Shown: piece by piece, positions 23,061 to 35,965 of the stretch
Position numbering within the stretch: the stretch's first letter is position 1
Layout: the number at the start of each line of letters is the position of its first letter
From: Basidiobolus meristosporus CBS 931.73
Taxonomy: Eukaryota; Fungi; Basidiobolomycota
Length of the DNA stretch: 35,965 nt
Assembly: GCA_002104905.1 (NCBI GenBank)
Contig: MCFE01000793.1
Span: 1-35,965, forward strand
Direction: 5' to 3'
Made by a program: the position numbers and the translations under genes
Notes under the pieces: model-generated
Seen by the model: only the letters and a program-made list of their open reading frames with translations
What the model was told of the DNA's origin: nothing
Database searches by the model: none

Positions 23061-26000
23061 ATGAGCCCCAAGCTGTCACTCTCTGCAATGTCTACTACTG
23101 CTATTACTGAAGTTTTTCCCTCTGCTGAAAAGTTGGATGGATCTAACTACCAAGTGTGGAAGGTAAAGAGGAAGATGCTGCTTCAACAAAGAGGTCTTTG
23201 GGATATTGTCATGGGAGGGAAATGCCCTCCTAAAAACATGGGAGAGGAAGCCTTAAAGTATCAGAAGAAAGTACCAAGTGCCCTTAACTGCATTTGCCTT
23301 AATGTCAAGGACAAATTGCTAATTCAATGCTCAAGAGCAAAAGTGGCAAGGAATGCCTGGAAAGCATTAGAAGACACCTACCAGCCATGTTCAGCTGCCA
23401 AGACAATGTATCTAAGACAAAAATTCTTTACTACAAAGATGCAGACAGGAGAAGAAATGAAAAATCCAATTAACAGAATTATACTGCTAGTGGATGAGAT
23501 GGAATCTGTGGGTGAACTAACTACTGATGAGGATGTGATAGTTACCATCATGAATAGCCTGACAGAGAAGTTCCAGGGCCTTGTATCAGCCCTAGAGTAC
23601 AGAACTGAATATTTGACCTTAAATAATATCTATGGAAGGCTCCTGGCTGAAGAATTAAGAGAATCAAGTGCCAATAAGAAGGAAGAAGAAAATGCTTTAA
23701 TAAGCAATGATAACTAACAAAGGAGGTACCCAAGACCCTACAAAGGCAATAGCAACCTGTTTTGCAACTACTGCAAAAGGAAAGGACACACATCAGACTA
23801 GTATCTCAAAAAGAAAGATAATCAGCAAAAGAAGCCTGAATATGGGAATGCTGCAACAACTGAAGATAGACTATTCATATCTGCACTAAATATGACCACA
23901 AACAGGGATCCTCAGTTGTGATACATTGACTCTGGAGCATCTCAACACTTTACACACCAAAAAGAACTTTTTACCCAATATCGAGATATTCCAATTAAGA
24001 AGGTTTTCATGGGTGACAATAGAACACTTGATGCAGTGGGAGAAGGAAATATCCAAGTAAACCTTAGAAGCAGTGAAGGAAGCCATGCACTGATCTTGAA
24101 AGAAGTACTCTATGTACCAGAAATTGCCAAGAACCTACTCTCTGTAAGCAAGGCCACAGCAGAAGGACTCAGTCTCAGTGTTGACAATTCTGGATGCAGG
24201 ATCACTGATCAAAATGGTGCCCATATTGCTTCAGGCATCAGAGATCAGAATCTATACAAGTTGACTTATATTCCATCATATTTGGAAGCCAATATAAGTA
24301 ACTTAAATGAAGAAACACCAATACTTTGGCACGGGAGATTTGGACACATCAATTTTGATTATTTGCACAAAATGATCAAAGATCAGCTAATTTCTGGAGT
24401 GAGAATTGATTCTCCAGCTAATTTGGAGTACTGTGAAGTCTGCATATATGAGAAACATGCAAGACAATTGTTCAAGAGCTCTGGGTTAATCAAAACCAAG
24501 ATAAAATTAGATCTAATTCACTCAGATCTGTGTGGACCTATGCAAAATTTATCCTTAGGCAGGATGAAGTATTTAATCACTTTTATTGATAATTATACAA
24601 GATACACATGGGTCTACTGCATGGAGAGAAAGGAAGAAGCTCTGTCTAAGCTCAGGGAGTTTATAGCCATGGTGGAGAGAGAGACTGGTGAAAAAATCAA
24701 GAAATTACGCACTGACAATGGTGGAGAATATACCTCAAAACTCTTCATCCACTTCTGCTAAATTCATGGGATAAAGCAAGGGATTACTGTACCATACTCC
24801 CCACAAAAAAATGGAGTAGCAGAACAAGCTAACAGATCAATAACTGATATGGCAAGATCTATGATCCATGATCAAAAATTATCCTATGATATTTGGGTGG
24901 AATGAGTTGCCACTGCTGTATACCTTAAAAACAGGAGTTGTAACAGAATACTTTGTGATTCCACTATATTTGAAGCAGGGTATGGATGCAGACCAAGTGC
25001 AGAGCATCTAAGAATATTTGGGTGTACAGCATATGCCCAAAAAACTGCCCAGAAATCAGTCAAAATTTTAGCCAAAACGTGTAAAATGCATATTTTTGGG
25101 CTACTGTAATGAGAGTAAAGCATACAGACTCTACAATACCAAAGTAAAGATGCTTATCAAGTCCAGGGATGTGTTGTTTGATGCAAATTCAAGATTTTCA
25201 CAAAAAATGACATCAGTTGATGACAAAAACCTGATCTCAAATCCACCAATTGTCAGGATTGATTCAGAGCAAAACAATGAAAATTTTTTCACTCCAGAGG
25301 ACTCTACAGCCATGAATCAGCCAGAATCAGTGCCCAGGAATATCACAGAGGTGATCATTCCAGTATCAAATGCTCAGAGGTCCAATCAGACAAGAAATAG
25401 CCCAAATTACCCTATCAATGAGGGTACAAACTTAGCCTATGCCTATTCAGTCCATATTGAGGAGCCCCAGACTGTAAAAGAGGCCCTAAATAGCCCTCAG
25501 ACAAAGTTTTGGAGATCTGCAATGACTGAGGAAAATCAGACATGGGACTTAGTCAATTTACCAATCAGCCAAAAATCAATTGGATACAGATAGGTCTTCA
25601 AGACAAAATACAAGGCTGATGGTACAATTGAAAGATACAAAGCAAGACTTATGGCCAAAGAATACTCTCAAACAAAAGGACTTGACTATATTGAGACCTT
25701 TGGACCAGTAGCAAAGTTGAATCCCATCAGATTAATTTTGGCTATTGCAGCCAAATATAAGCTTTTTATTCATCAAATGGATGTAAAAACTGCATTTTTG
25801 AATGGAGAACTTGATGAGGATGTGTATATGGACCAGCCTGATGGGTTTGTTGACCAAGATAACCCCTATTTGGTCTGCAGGCTTAAAAGTCACTAGATGG
25901 TCTCAAATAATCACCAAGTGCCTGGAATTGCAAGATAGATTCTTATTTGGAATCTTTGAGTCTCAAAAGGAGTAATGCTGACTGTAGCATACACTATAAA

Positions 26001-27014
26001 CCAGATAGAGCAAATCCAGCTCTATTGGCTCTATATGTGGATGATCTTATCATAGCCACCAATAACCTAGAAACATTGGAAGAGACTAAATCCAGCCTAT
26101 CTAAGGAGTTCACAATGTCTGATCTAGGAGAACTCAGTTACTACTTAGGGATTAAGTTCTCCATAGACAGAAGTACCCAGACTATTACCCTAAGCCAGTC
26201 CAAGTATATTCAAGATTTACTAAAGAAGTACCAAAAGGAAGACTGTAAACTGGCAGCTATCCCAATGGAGACAAACCTTAACTTGGCCAAATCTCAACTA
26301 AATCAAGAGAGCTTGGTGCCACCTGAAAGCCCTGACTTTCCTTATCCATCTATGGTTGGCAGTCTGATGTATATCATGCTTGGAACATGTCCAGATATCT
26401 CATATTCAGTGGGAGTTGTTGGTCAACATAATCAGAAATATGGATCTGATCATATTGTAGCAGTTAAGCAGACTTTGAGATACTTAAGAGGAACTGCTGC
26501 TATCTGCCTAAGATGCACTTATAAGGATTCAGAACAGGATCTTGTGGGATACTCTGATGCTGACTGGGGACAAAATTTGGAAGACAGAAGATCCACCACA
26601 GGATACACCTTTCTTTACTGTAAAGGAGCAATTTCATGGAATTCAAGAAAGCAACCAACTGTAGCACTTTCTACCACAGAGGCAGAGTATATGGCAGCCT
26701 GTGAAGCTACAAAAGAAGCAATGTGGTTAAGAAAGCTTTTTACAGATTTAGGCCTATGTCAAAAAACGTCTATTACCTTATTTCAAGATAATTAAGGATG
26801 TATACAATTAGGTAGAAATCCAACTTTTCATGCTAGAACCAAGCACATAGATATTGGACATCATTTCATACCTAAAGCTATAGAGAATAACTTAGTTAGC
26901 TTAGTTTACTGTCCTACAGATGAAATGATTGCAGACATATTTACCAAACCATTAGCTGGAGACAAATTTGAATATTTTAGGTCAAAATTAGGACTAGTCA
27001 GTATGAACATTTAG
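23061..27014 (+). pseudogene. Copia-4 gag-pol pseudogene
   Basis: Colinear with copy 1; many stops (e.g. 23715, 24759, 26793). Confidence 0.93.
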
Positions 27015-27025
27015 CTGAGTGGGAG

Positions 27026-27373
27026 TGTTGTAAAAATTTGTAATTCCACCTAAATATTCACCTTACTTGGTCACTTAAATCATTACCCTCAAATTCTAGA
27101 GAATACTGACCAAATTCCTTGTCACAATTCACTTAGAATATTTTCACCAAAATACCAGGTACCCAGAACATGAAAATTCTCAAAGTTGTCCAAACAACCC
27201 CCAACTTTGCACACATGCTCTTGCAACCTTCCTTAATCTACTCTACTTGTTGGTAATGCCAAGACCAGATAAAAGTATAATTACTACTTTTACATTCAAT
27301 TGTCATTAAGTGAAAACCACATAATCTACTTGTTCTCCCAATCACTTGCAATATCTCCAAGACTCTTACAACA
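27026..27373 (+). repeat. Copia-4 3' LTR
   Basis: Follows the PPT; ends TTACAACA then TSD GGTAC. Confidence 0.95.
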
Positions 27374-27834
27374 GGTACACCAACAGATTCCATCTCATCC
27401 ACCAGCAGGGTAATTTTGTTAATTAGAGCTTGAATTTCTTCTCCTGGTGGCATCTTTGTGGTAAAGAATTTTTGTTGCAGGTACATTTTCTTAGCAGCTG
27501 AACAAGACTGATAGATGTCTTCTAATACCTTCCAGGCATTCTTTGCCATTTTTGCTCTTGAGCATTGTATTAGCAATTTGTCTTTAACATTGAGGCAAAT
27601 GCAGTTAAAGACACTTTGTTCTTTCTTCTGGTATGTTAGGGCTTCCTCTCCCATGCTTTTAGGAGGGCATTCTTCTCCCATGACAATATCCCAAAGGCCT
27701 CTTTCTTGTAGCCACATCTTCATCCGCACCTTTCATACTTGGTAGTTAGGTTCATCCAACTTTTCAGCAAAGGGAATATCCCAGTAATAGCAGTAGTAAA
27801 CTTTGCAGAGAGTGACAGCTTGGGGCTCATAACC

Positions 27835-28183
27835 TGCTGTAAGAGTCTTCAAGATATTGGAAGTGATTGGGAGAACAAGTAGATTATATGATTTTTACTT
27901 AATGATTTATTGAATGTAAAAGCAGTATTTATACTTTTACATGGTCTTGGCATAATAAGCACATAGAATAGTCTTAGAAAGGTCTCAATAACATGTGTGC
28001 AAAGTTTGGGGCTGTTTAATCAACTTATCTAATTTTCATACTCTGGGTACCTCGTATATTGGTGAAAGTATTCTAAGTAATTCCCAACAAGGATATTGAT
28101 CAGTATTCTCTGAGATTTGAAGGTAATGATATAAGTGACTAAGCTAGGTGAATATTGAGGTGGAATTACAAGCTTTTACAACA
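27835..28183 (-). repeat. Copia-3 5' LTR (diverged)
   Basis: Reverse complement of the family LTR adjoining the PBS at 27823-27834. Confidence 0.92.
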
Positions 28184-29570
28184 CATTTGATTTACTCCAG
28201 CCATCAGCAAGATAGCCAGCTTTTCTGGGCACAATGGATGGTATTATTATCAAATGTGCAAGATCTAGAGGATTTACTCTATAACTTACACACATTAGCA
28301 TTATCCAAACACCAACACTGCAAACATCATCTTCTTCCAGAGAGAATGTACAGAAGTCAGCATGCAATTGCAGCAAAGCTCATAAGCTATAAGCCATTGG
28401 CCAGAATACTGAAATTACGAGGTATCTACTACCCAAAGTACTTCTCACAAGCTCCAAACAATATTCATACACATATGCAACTATATAAATGCAAGGACTG
28501 GATATGGTAGCTATGTATTTATTCAAGTGGCCTTCTAATGCCAATGTAGTACCTATGGTGGAAGATCAGCAAATGACCTTTATAACATTACTACCACTGG
28601 TACCAACAGGAATAATGTCAGCTCATACCAAAGCATTAATGAGGCAATTAGGTGCAGTGGCTGATAGGATAGATGCAATAGCCCAGAGAAATCAGGAAAT
28701 AGTCCAGAGACAGGATAAGTGGATAATATGTGTAGGGCAAGCAATATCACAGGTAGAGAAAGCTATATATAGGCTGCAAAGAAGGAACTTAAGAAACTCA
28801 ATATCACAGCCAAGAATTGAGCCATTTCCTGATGTAACAGTAGAGGAATGCCATACAGTCTTAGAAGCACAACTATAGTGCCCCAAGATAAAGCCCACAG
28901 AAAAACCTATCACTGCATAGGAGTGAGAAGCTGCAGTGTTTATACCAAAGCCTAAAATCAAAAGACACTGAAGATCTGTGAAGCTGTTGAGTGCAATGAC
29001 AAAGAGTGGGCTAATATTCAAAAGGCTGCAAGAAGTATAGCACACCAACACCTTAAGGCAAACATACCATGGGACCCCCAAGAACTCAAGACCAAGCAGA
29101 ATGTGCCTGACTTGTTCCAAGCAGAATGAGCTTGGCCTGTTCCATGTGCATTATCCTCAACTCAATTGAGCAAACAGATCTTGGGCCAGCCTTGGTGTGC
29201 AAGGAGAGTATCTCAAGAATAGCAGAAACTATCAAAGGCAGAAGAACAAGGGCTCCTTGGCTAAAAACCAGCAGCTTCCTCAAGTGCTTATCACAAGGAG
29301 GGCTGAAAGCTCTATGCAGGTAGCAAAGAAACATCAGGTAGCCAGATGAGTTCTATTAAGGGACAAGCATGCAGAAACAGATGCATCAGTGCAGTATTTA
29401 TCAAGGAGAAAGCATAGTTTAATACAAGAAGCACTGAATCATGGTAGCAGTAAAGGACCTGAAGGTGGTAAAGACCCACCACTTTCTCAGGAGTCTTTCA
29501 CAAGCAGGGCCAGAAGCTCAAAACAAGCAGCAAAGAAATATCAGGTTGCCAGGAGAGAGCCAGCAAGGGA
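28184..29570 (+). other. Unclassified CpG-depleted relic with a coiled-coil-like ORF fragment (28489-28878)
   Basis: Very few CpGs, like the neighbouring TEs; no recognisable domain. Confidence 0.25.
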
Positions 29571-29574
29571 CAAG

Positions 29575-29965
29575 CAGGCTAGCTGATATGAATAATGGGT
29601 TGAGTGGGAGTGTTGTAGAAATTTGTAACTTGCACCAAGCTTTATAGTTGCACCTAAGTATTCACCCAACATTGTCATTTGAATCATTACCTACATATTT
29701 TAGAGAATTCTGAGCAAATACCTTCTTGAAACTTACATAGAATATTTACCCCAATACATATGGTGCCCATAATATAAGATTTCTCATACTTGGCCTAACT
29801 ACCTCAAGTTTATGAGGGCTTTCTAAATATATTCTACATGTTTAGTTTGCTAAGGCCATGTAAAAATATAAATACTACTTTAGCATTCAGTAAGTCATTA
29901 ATTGATACCCACATAATCTACTTGCTCTCCCAATCACTTCCAATATCTCCAAAACTATTACAACA
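29575..29965 (+). mobile_element. Orphan 3' end of a diverged Copia: last ~35 bp of pol, PPT and 355-bp LTR (29611-29965)
   Basis: CTAGCTGATATGAATAATGGGTTGAGTGGGAG aligns with the family pol end CTAGTCAGTATGAACATTTAGCTGAGTGGGAG; LTR TGTTGTAG...TTACAACA is colinear with the 349-bp LTR. Confidence 0.8.
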
Positions 29966-30554
29966 CAATGTGGGTGAGAATTGAATAACTACAACATAAG
30001 CCTTCAGCTAAGTAAAGCACAGTCAATGTAGCTCACACCAACTCAACTCTGGACCTTAATTACCCCTATCAATCAATGTCCCTATGAAAAATCTCAAACT
30101 TGGATTTCATCTAATTTTCAGCTGGTATTCAGCTGGTGATTTTGGTTCAAAATTTCAAATGCAATTTCTGGTGGAAGTAATGGGCAGCTAATTACCAAAT
30201 TTGGCATGGATGCTAGTTGGCCTAGCCTCCTCCTGGAGAATTTGTTTGCTTGCCTGCCCATCAGCTAACAACAGAGATATTGGGAGTGGTCAATTTTGAG
30301 AAACTTGGGAATCAGCTGATATTATGATGGTATTTTGCTAGCCTTTTCTTAATTTTTTTTCTTAGGGTGTGTGATTGCGTAGTGTTAGTCAATCAATAAA
30401 AATACTGGATTAAATATGATTGATGCTGCAAAGCAAATATCTCAATTCTCACAATATACCATAATGATGATACAAGCGTACACTAGAGTACATGGTAGGT
30501 AAAGCTTGTGAGAGTTACTCAAAGACTTATGCATTGGATTTGAATTGTAAATAT

Positions 30555-30775
30555 GTAATTTTGAAGATAATCAAGGTAATATTTCATTTGCTAGAGCGTT
30601 TACTACTCATGCCAGAACCAAGCATATAGATATCTAACGTCACTTTGTTGGAGAAGCAGTTGAGAATTAGCTGATAGACTCAGTGTATTATCCACCTCAC
30701 AAAATGATAGCAGATATCTTGGCCAGGCCATTAAATAGGATTCAATTTGAGAGACTCAAAGAGATAGAGAGATTT
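30555..30775 (+). pseudogene. Old Copia RNase H fragment (different subfamily)
   Basis: Translates IFEDNQGNISFAR...HARTKHIDI*RHFVGEAVEN*...KMIADILARPLNRIQFERL. Confidence 0.8.
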
Positions 30776-31045
30776 AGATATTACTTGGTAGAGGGAGAGT
30801 GCTGAAATACTGATTGAGTATCTTCAAGTATGAACGTTGAATCATTGTATAAGACCACGACCGTATAAATTCTATGGGATCGGGATTGCACCTGCAGCAG
30901 CACATGTACCCCACCCAAGCTTCCTGCCTAAGTCCCACCCGATATGAGCCAATTTGGGGAATAATTAAGCTGTACGATGCAGTAATCAAAAGTTCCGTTG
31001 AATTCAGCACGACGAGTTAACAGTGCATCTGGGTGTCACTTCGAC

Positions 31046-31056
31046 TATATATATAT
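31046..31056 (+). promoter_or_regulatory. TATA-like element upstream of the 31097 gene
   Basis: TATATATATAT about 40-50 bp before the ATG. Confidence 0.4.
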
Positions 31057-31096
31057 TTGTGGGGAACGTTTAGAGAAGTTCATCATCTCCGACGAA

Positions 31097-31531
31097 ATGA
31101 AATCAACACTGTACCTTTCCCTATTATTCCTTAGCTCGCTGGCTTCGTTGAGTGCAGAATGTATCAATGGGGAGATGAAGTGCAACAGTATACCGAATCA
31201 ATATGATCACTGCTCCAATGGTGCGTGGATTACACGCAATTGTGGTGACGGGACCGTATGCACATCAACTGAGGAAAAGGCAGTGATTTGTACATATCCA
31301 GAGCCCAATGATGCACACACCAACAGTGCAATGGATACCACCAAATCGAACAGCCTTAAAGAGCCTGTATCAGCTGTGGATACAACGGAGGTTTCTGAAG
31401 AGGGAATGGAAGATTCAAATGATGACACCAAGAAGGAGGAGAAGCCCCCAGGGAGGAAGGACGTAAATGGCAATAAAGCCCCAGATACCCACGGTGATCC
31501 AAGGATGTTGAAAAGAATGATGGAATTATAG
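31097..31531 (+). CDS. Small secreted protein (144 aa): signal peptide, six-Cys CBM19-like module, charged low-complexity tail
   Basis: MKSTLYLSLLFLSSLASLSA signal-like; ECINGEMKC...CSNGAWITRNCGDGTVC...VIC resembles the chitin-binding CBM19 pattern. ATG at 31097 preferred over the track's upstream alternative start. Confidence 0.8.
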   Translation: MKSTLYLSLLFLSSLASLSAECINGEMKCNSIPNQYDHCSNGAWITRNCGDGTVCTSTEEKAVICTYPEPNDAHTNSAMDTTKSNSLKEPVSAVDTTEVSEEGMEDSNDDTKKEEKPPGRKDVNGNKAPDTHGDPRMLKRMMEL

Positions 31532-31639
31532 ATTAGCGAGCAAAAATAAATGGCAACGCCCCCATAGTGGCTACTTTAACCGATCGGAGCGGCATTTTTA
31601 TTCTAATTATCTAGCGTTGGTTCTCTTGGTTTACAGTTC

Positions 31640-32464
31640 TTAATGATCCTCAGTGGGACTGGCATTCTCGCTGGGTACCTCTGCTTCACCATTTTCTACC
31701 ACATTCGCGCCATCATCTTGGTCAGGCGCCTTTCCCATATCTTGCATCTCACTCTCGACATTTTCTTCCTGAGGGTTGTTATTTACGGCATTTTCATACT
31801 CTGGACTCTTGTAATCGTTCTCCCCTTGGTCTTTGTTTTCTGCAACAGGGGCTACTACTTCTTTTACACCAGCTTCCTCGGAATCATTCACGGGAGTAGA
31901 GTTATTTTCTTGATTTTCGATGGCATCCTTTGGATATTCGGGCTGATCCGCAGAGTTACCCTCGTTGTCGTTGGTATAGTCGGGATCCTTTTTACCATCG
32001 GAACCGGCATCGTAATCCTTAGAATCACTCTGTACAGTGTTTGTTTCATCGGGGTCCTCATGATTGTTAGGGTAACTGACGTTACTTTCTCCTTCATCAT
32101 CTTCATCACCCTCATTGGCATCTCCCCCATTACTTTCGTTAGTTGTTTCTTCCAAGTCGGACGAATATTTACTCTCATTTTCTTCCTCGGCTTCCTCCTC
32201 TATCTCTTCTTCATCCAGGGCATCATTCGAGGCATTTCCAGCGTAAGCATCTTGCTCATTGGAGTCATCATAGCCGCATATGACATAACCCTTTTTTGTG
32301 GATTGGCAAACTGTGCCAGTAGCACACTGGATCTTCTTCCACGTGTTGTTATCGCACATCCGAATCGAGCCTTCAGAGCATTTTACTACGCCATTGCTAC
32401 AATCCGCTGCTACCTTAGTCAATAGAAAGAGGGAGGCGAGCATTAATTTACCAGATGATCTCAT
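31640..32464 (-). CDS. Secreted protein (274 aa): signal peptide, CBM19-like module, Glu/Asp/Asn-rich tail
   Basis: MRSSGKLMLASLFLLTKVAA + DCSNGVVKCSEGSIRMCDNNTWKKIQCATGTVCQ...VIC; convergent with the 31097 gene. Confidence 0.85.
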   Translation of the reverse strand: MRSSGKLMLASLFLLTKVAADCSNGVVKCSEGSIRMCDNNTWKKIQCATGTVCQSTKKGYVICGYDDSNEQDAYAGNASNDALDEEEIEEEAEEENESKYSSDLEETTNESNGGDANEGDEDDEGESNVSYPNNHEDPDETNTVQSDSKDYDAGSDGKKDPDYTNDNEGNSADQPEYPKDAIENQENNSTPVNDSEEAGVKEVVAPVAENKDQGENDYKSPEYENAVNNNPQEENVESEMQDMGKAPDQDDGANVVENGEAEVPSENASPTEDH

Positions 32465-32961
32465 GATTTAATAGGGGATGGGTTAGTTGGGTTATTCAGG
32501 TTGAGAACTTCTTGGCAGCTTATATATCCCTTCCAGCGGGACGGAAGTTTTAGCCTGAATAATCCACGTTTTCTTGCATTCTACTTGGTGCCCAACAATT
32601 GCCAACCCTTCCAGAATGCCTCGATCTTCGCAAATTTCTTACACCTACATAATCCTACTTCCCCTTCAAATTGGATACGATTGTTCATTGTGGGTTGTCT
32701 TAAGAGGAAATAAAGCTCAACACCGTTATTGGCTATTCGGATCCAATCTTGAGTTTGGCTAACACAAGAAATGCGCCAGAAATTGCAATAAATTTGAGTA
32801 CTCAGCGTCCCTCGATCTTGACCCAAGTGCCAAGGAGCATTTATGCTACCTTTAATTAGCAACTTTCTCAGGACTCAGAATCAACCCGGGGATTCTGAAA
32901 CCAAGCAATAAATATCTTAGGAGCCTCCAATATATTAGGTCAGGTCCCATTACAACTCACA

Positions 32962-32967
32962 TATAAA
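32962..32967 (+). promoter_or_regulatory. TATAAA box conserved upstream of three paralogues
   Basis: TATAAA(C/T)TTGCGTTCTC...GATCTCATA block about 60 bp before the ATGs at 33026, 34539 and 35758. Confidence 0.55.
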
Positions 32968-33025
32968 CTTGCGTTCTCGCATTAGTTTGATCTCATAGTT
33001 TTCACACTCACAGCACCCGCATAAC

Positions 33026-34006
<981 letters not shown>

Positions 34007-34538
34007 AACCCAGGTACTGGTGGTTGATAGCCAGCAGAGTTCGAAGAAATTTTTCTACTTATACCACTCATCACTTTTGATTCATGTGGCAATGCCCTCA
34101 CAATCAGTTTTCTTTTGGAGCAGTTGATCTCTCATTCATATTTTTCCACGAATACCCATGCAATATCGAAATCAACACAATCACCTATTTGATTATACCA
34201 TGTCTATACCAAAAAGCGGCAATAAATCCAAGGTCTTTTTATCATATAGTTGGTTCTCTTTCTTGCTCACACGACCTGATAGCTGGTTGTTGTAGGCACT
34301 TTCCCTATTAATTGATCCTGTACTTCGTTTGCAGCAATTGTTTATTTTGATTTACCTTCCGAGGAAATCAAACACCGCTTTCGGCTATCAAAGTTCATAT
34401 CGATGATGATATATGTGAAACCACCATCGGGAGCTTTCCACGCCATATTAGGACAAGTATCATTACAACTCATATATAAACTTGCGTTCTCTCGCTTGTT
34501 GGATCTCATATTTCTCACTTGCACAGTAGCCGTATAGC

Positions 34539-35035
34539 ATGAAGTACATCTCTAGCATAAGTCTGTTCACCTGGGCCTTGACCTGCCATGTTGCTGCCGA
34601 TTGCACCAATGGCCAGCTACAATGTTCCGGCGACGAGATCCAGATCTGCGACAATAGTAATTGGCAAGTCATCTAGCGTGCCACCGGGACTGTTTGCCAG
34701 TCAAGCGATGACGGCACACCCATCTATGGCTTTCCAGCTTCTTCAGACAACACTGACGATATAAGCAGGGTTGATGATAGTATTGGAGACACCGATGATA
34801 CTGATACCAGTGCAACCAGCTTTACTGTTGATACTGACAACCAGCTAATTACTTCGGATGACCGGGGAGATGGTGGTGATGATACTGGCGACGACGGGGA
34901 TGACGGGGAAGATGATGGTGCCTTTCAGGGTGATGATAGTGAAGATGGACAAGACGGTGGGGATGGTAGTACCGACAAGGAGCTGATAATGGAGACGATC
35001 AAGGTGATACCGGTGATGATGGCAACGATGAAACA
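34539..35035 (+). pseudogene. Paralogue of the 33026 gene with a short acidic tail; premature TAG at codon 46 and a later -1 frameshift (~34978)
   Basis: MKYISSISLFTWALTCHVAADCTNGQLQCSGDEIQICDNSNWQVI*RATGTVCQ...PIY; TAG at 34674-34676; two conserved Cys are also lost. Confidence 0.85.
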
Positions 35036-35757
35036 TTATCCATGTGTTGGCTTGGGGAGTCAAGGAATGAGCCAACGCACCTGCATGAGGTTTTCTTCTG
35101 GAGTAACTGATGTATCATTCATATTTTTCCATGGATGCCCAATATAATCACTGATCTGATTATCCATGTCTACATCAAAAAGGTCTAACAGAATTGATAC
35201 CCTCAGTGCAAAATAAACAGTACATTTGTCATATCCGGTACACCAGTCCTATCAGATCATTTCAACCTTCAGTACATAGTGTCCAAAGATGAGGGCCTAT
35301 TAGGAATGTCACAACTGTTATAGATTTCTTGTTTACGTTCTGTGGGCCATTCCTTTACTATCAAATCCGACTTGGCATCCGCAAGGATTGTTCATTTGTG
35401 CCGCCATGAAAAGAATGAAGCTCACTTTACTTCACATGGATTGGCTTAAACAAGTAAGTCGACTTACAAATCCAGCATCTAACTCAACCTAGGTTAGGTT
35501 AGCGCTAGTATTACAATCAAGGCAATTCCTATTATTAATTTCATTTGTGTTCTCACTATCCTTCAATCTTGTTCTAGATGTCAAGGAGTATTCATGCTTC
35601 CTTTTAATTGACACTTCTGGAGGATCCAGAATCAGCAATTTTCTGAAACTAGGCAATAAGTAATTTAGGAGGCAAGTCCCATTACAGGTCGTATATAAAT
35701 TTGCGTTCTCGCATTAGTTTGATCTCATAGCTTTCACATTCACAGCATCCGCAAAAC

Positions 35758-35965
35758 ATGAAGTACATCTCTAGCATAAGTCTGTTCACCTTGGCCTTGG
35801 CTTCCCATGTTGCTGCCGATTGCACCAATGGCCAGCTACAATGCTCCGGCGATGAGATCCAGATCTGCGACAACAGCAATTGGCAGGTCATCCCAGTGCG
35901 CCACCGGGACTGTTTGCCAGTCAAGCGATGATGGCACACCCATCTGTGGCTTTCCAGCTTCTTCA
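35758..35965 (+). pseudogene. Third paralogue of the 33026 gene, runs off the window; +1 C at 35892-35894 frameshifts it (stop at 35929)
   Basis: MKYISSISLFTLALASHVAADCTNGQLQCSGDEIQICDNSNWQVI then ATCCCAGTGC versus ATCCAGTGT in the intact copy; could be a sequencing error. Confidence 0.7.

Larger units (their letters stand above)
19288..27373 (+). mobile_element. Copia copy 4, full length, inserted in the gag of copy 3; 5' LTR split by PHIS copy B
   Basis: 5' LTR = 19288-19588 + 23009-23056 (349 bp rejoined); 3' LTR 27026-27373; TSD GGTAC (19283-19287 / 27374-27378); roughly 40 LTR differences by eye. Confidence 0.95.
12598..28183 (-). mobile_element. Copia copy 3 (oldest, host of the nest): 12598-14579 + 19259-19287 + 27374-28183; 3'-truncated at the start of RT
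   Basis: 5' LTR 27835-28183 and PBS 27823-27834. Gag reads continuously across the two nested insertions once the TSDs are removed; decayed protease and integrase run down to ~12598; no RT-RH or 3' LTR. Confidence 0.9.

Noticed and set aside
29611-29965. Solo LTR
   Set aside because: Preceded by a PPT and pol end, and no flanking TSD (GGGAG versus CAATG).
31643-32425. 260-aa hydrophobic plus-strand ORF that looks like a membrane protein
   Set aside because: Antisense of the Glu/Asp/Asn-rich gene; GAA/GAT/AAT codons read as Phe/Ile on the other strand.

Overview
Eukaryotic DNA, most likely from an early-diverging fungus (inferred from gene style and TE families; not provable from this window). 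About 30.8 kb (1-~30,800) is a CpG-depleted nest of transposable elements. It holds: a decayed Ty3/Gypsy element split by a 3.4-kb two-ORF PHIS (Harbinger/Pangu-like) DNA transposon; four copies of one 4.7-kb Ty1/Copia family with 349-bp LTRs and a Ty5-type half-tRNA primer site; a second PHIS copy inside a Copia LTR; and smaller relics. One Copia copy is nearly intact, and two others are nested 29 bp apart inside a fourth. Every complete insertion is delimited by a readable target-site duplication, so the nesting order can be reconstructed. From ~30,830 to the end the DNA is CpG-rich and carries five small intronless secreted-protein genes or pseudogenes. They share an N-terminal six-Cys CBM19-like module followed by highly variable acidic tails. 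One tail contains 56 uninterrupted Gly-X-Y triplets, 54 of them Gly-Asp-Asp. Coordinates were counted by hand; LTR difference counts are by-eye estimates.
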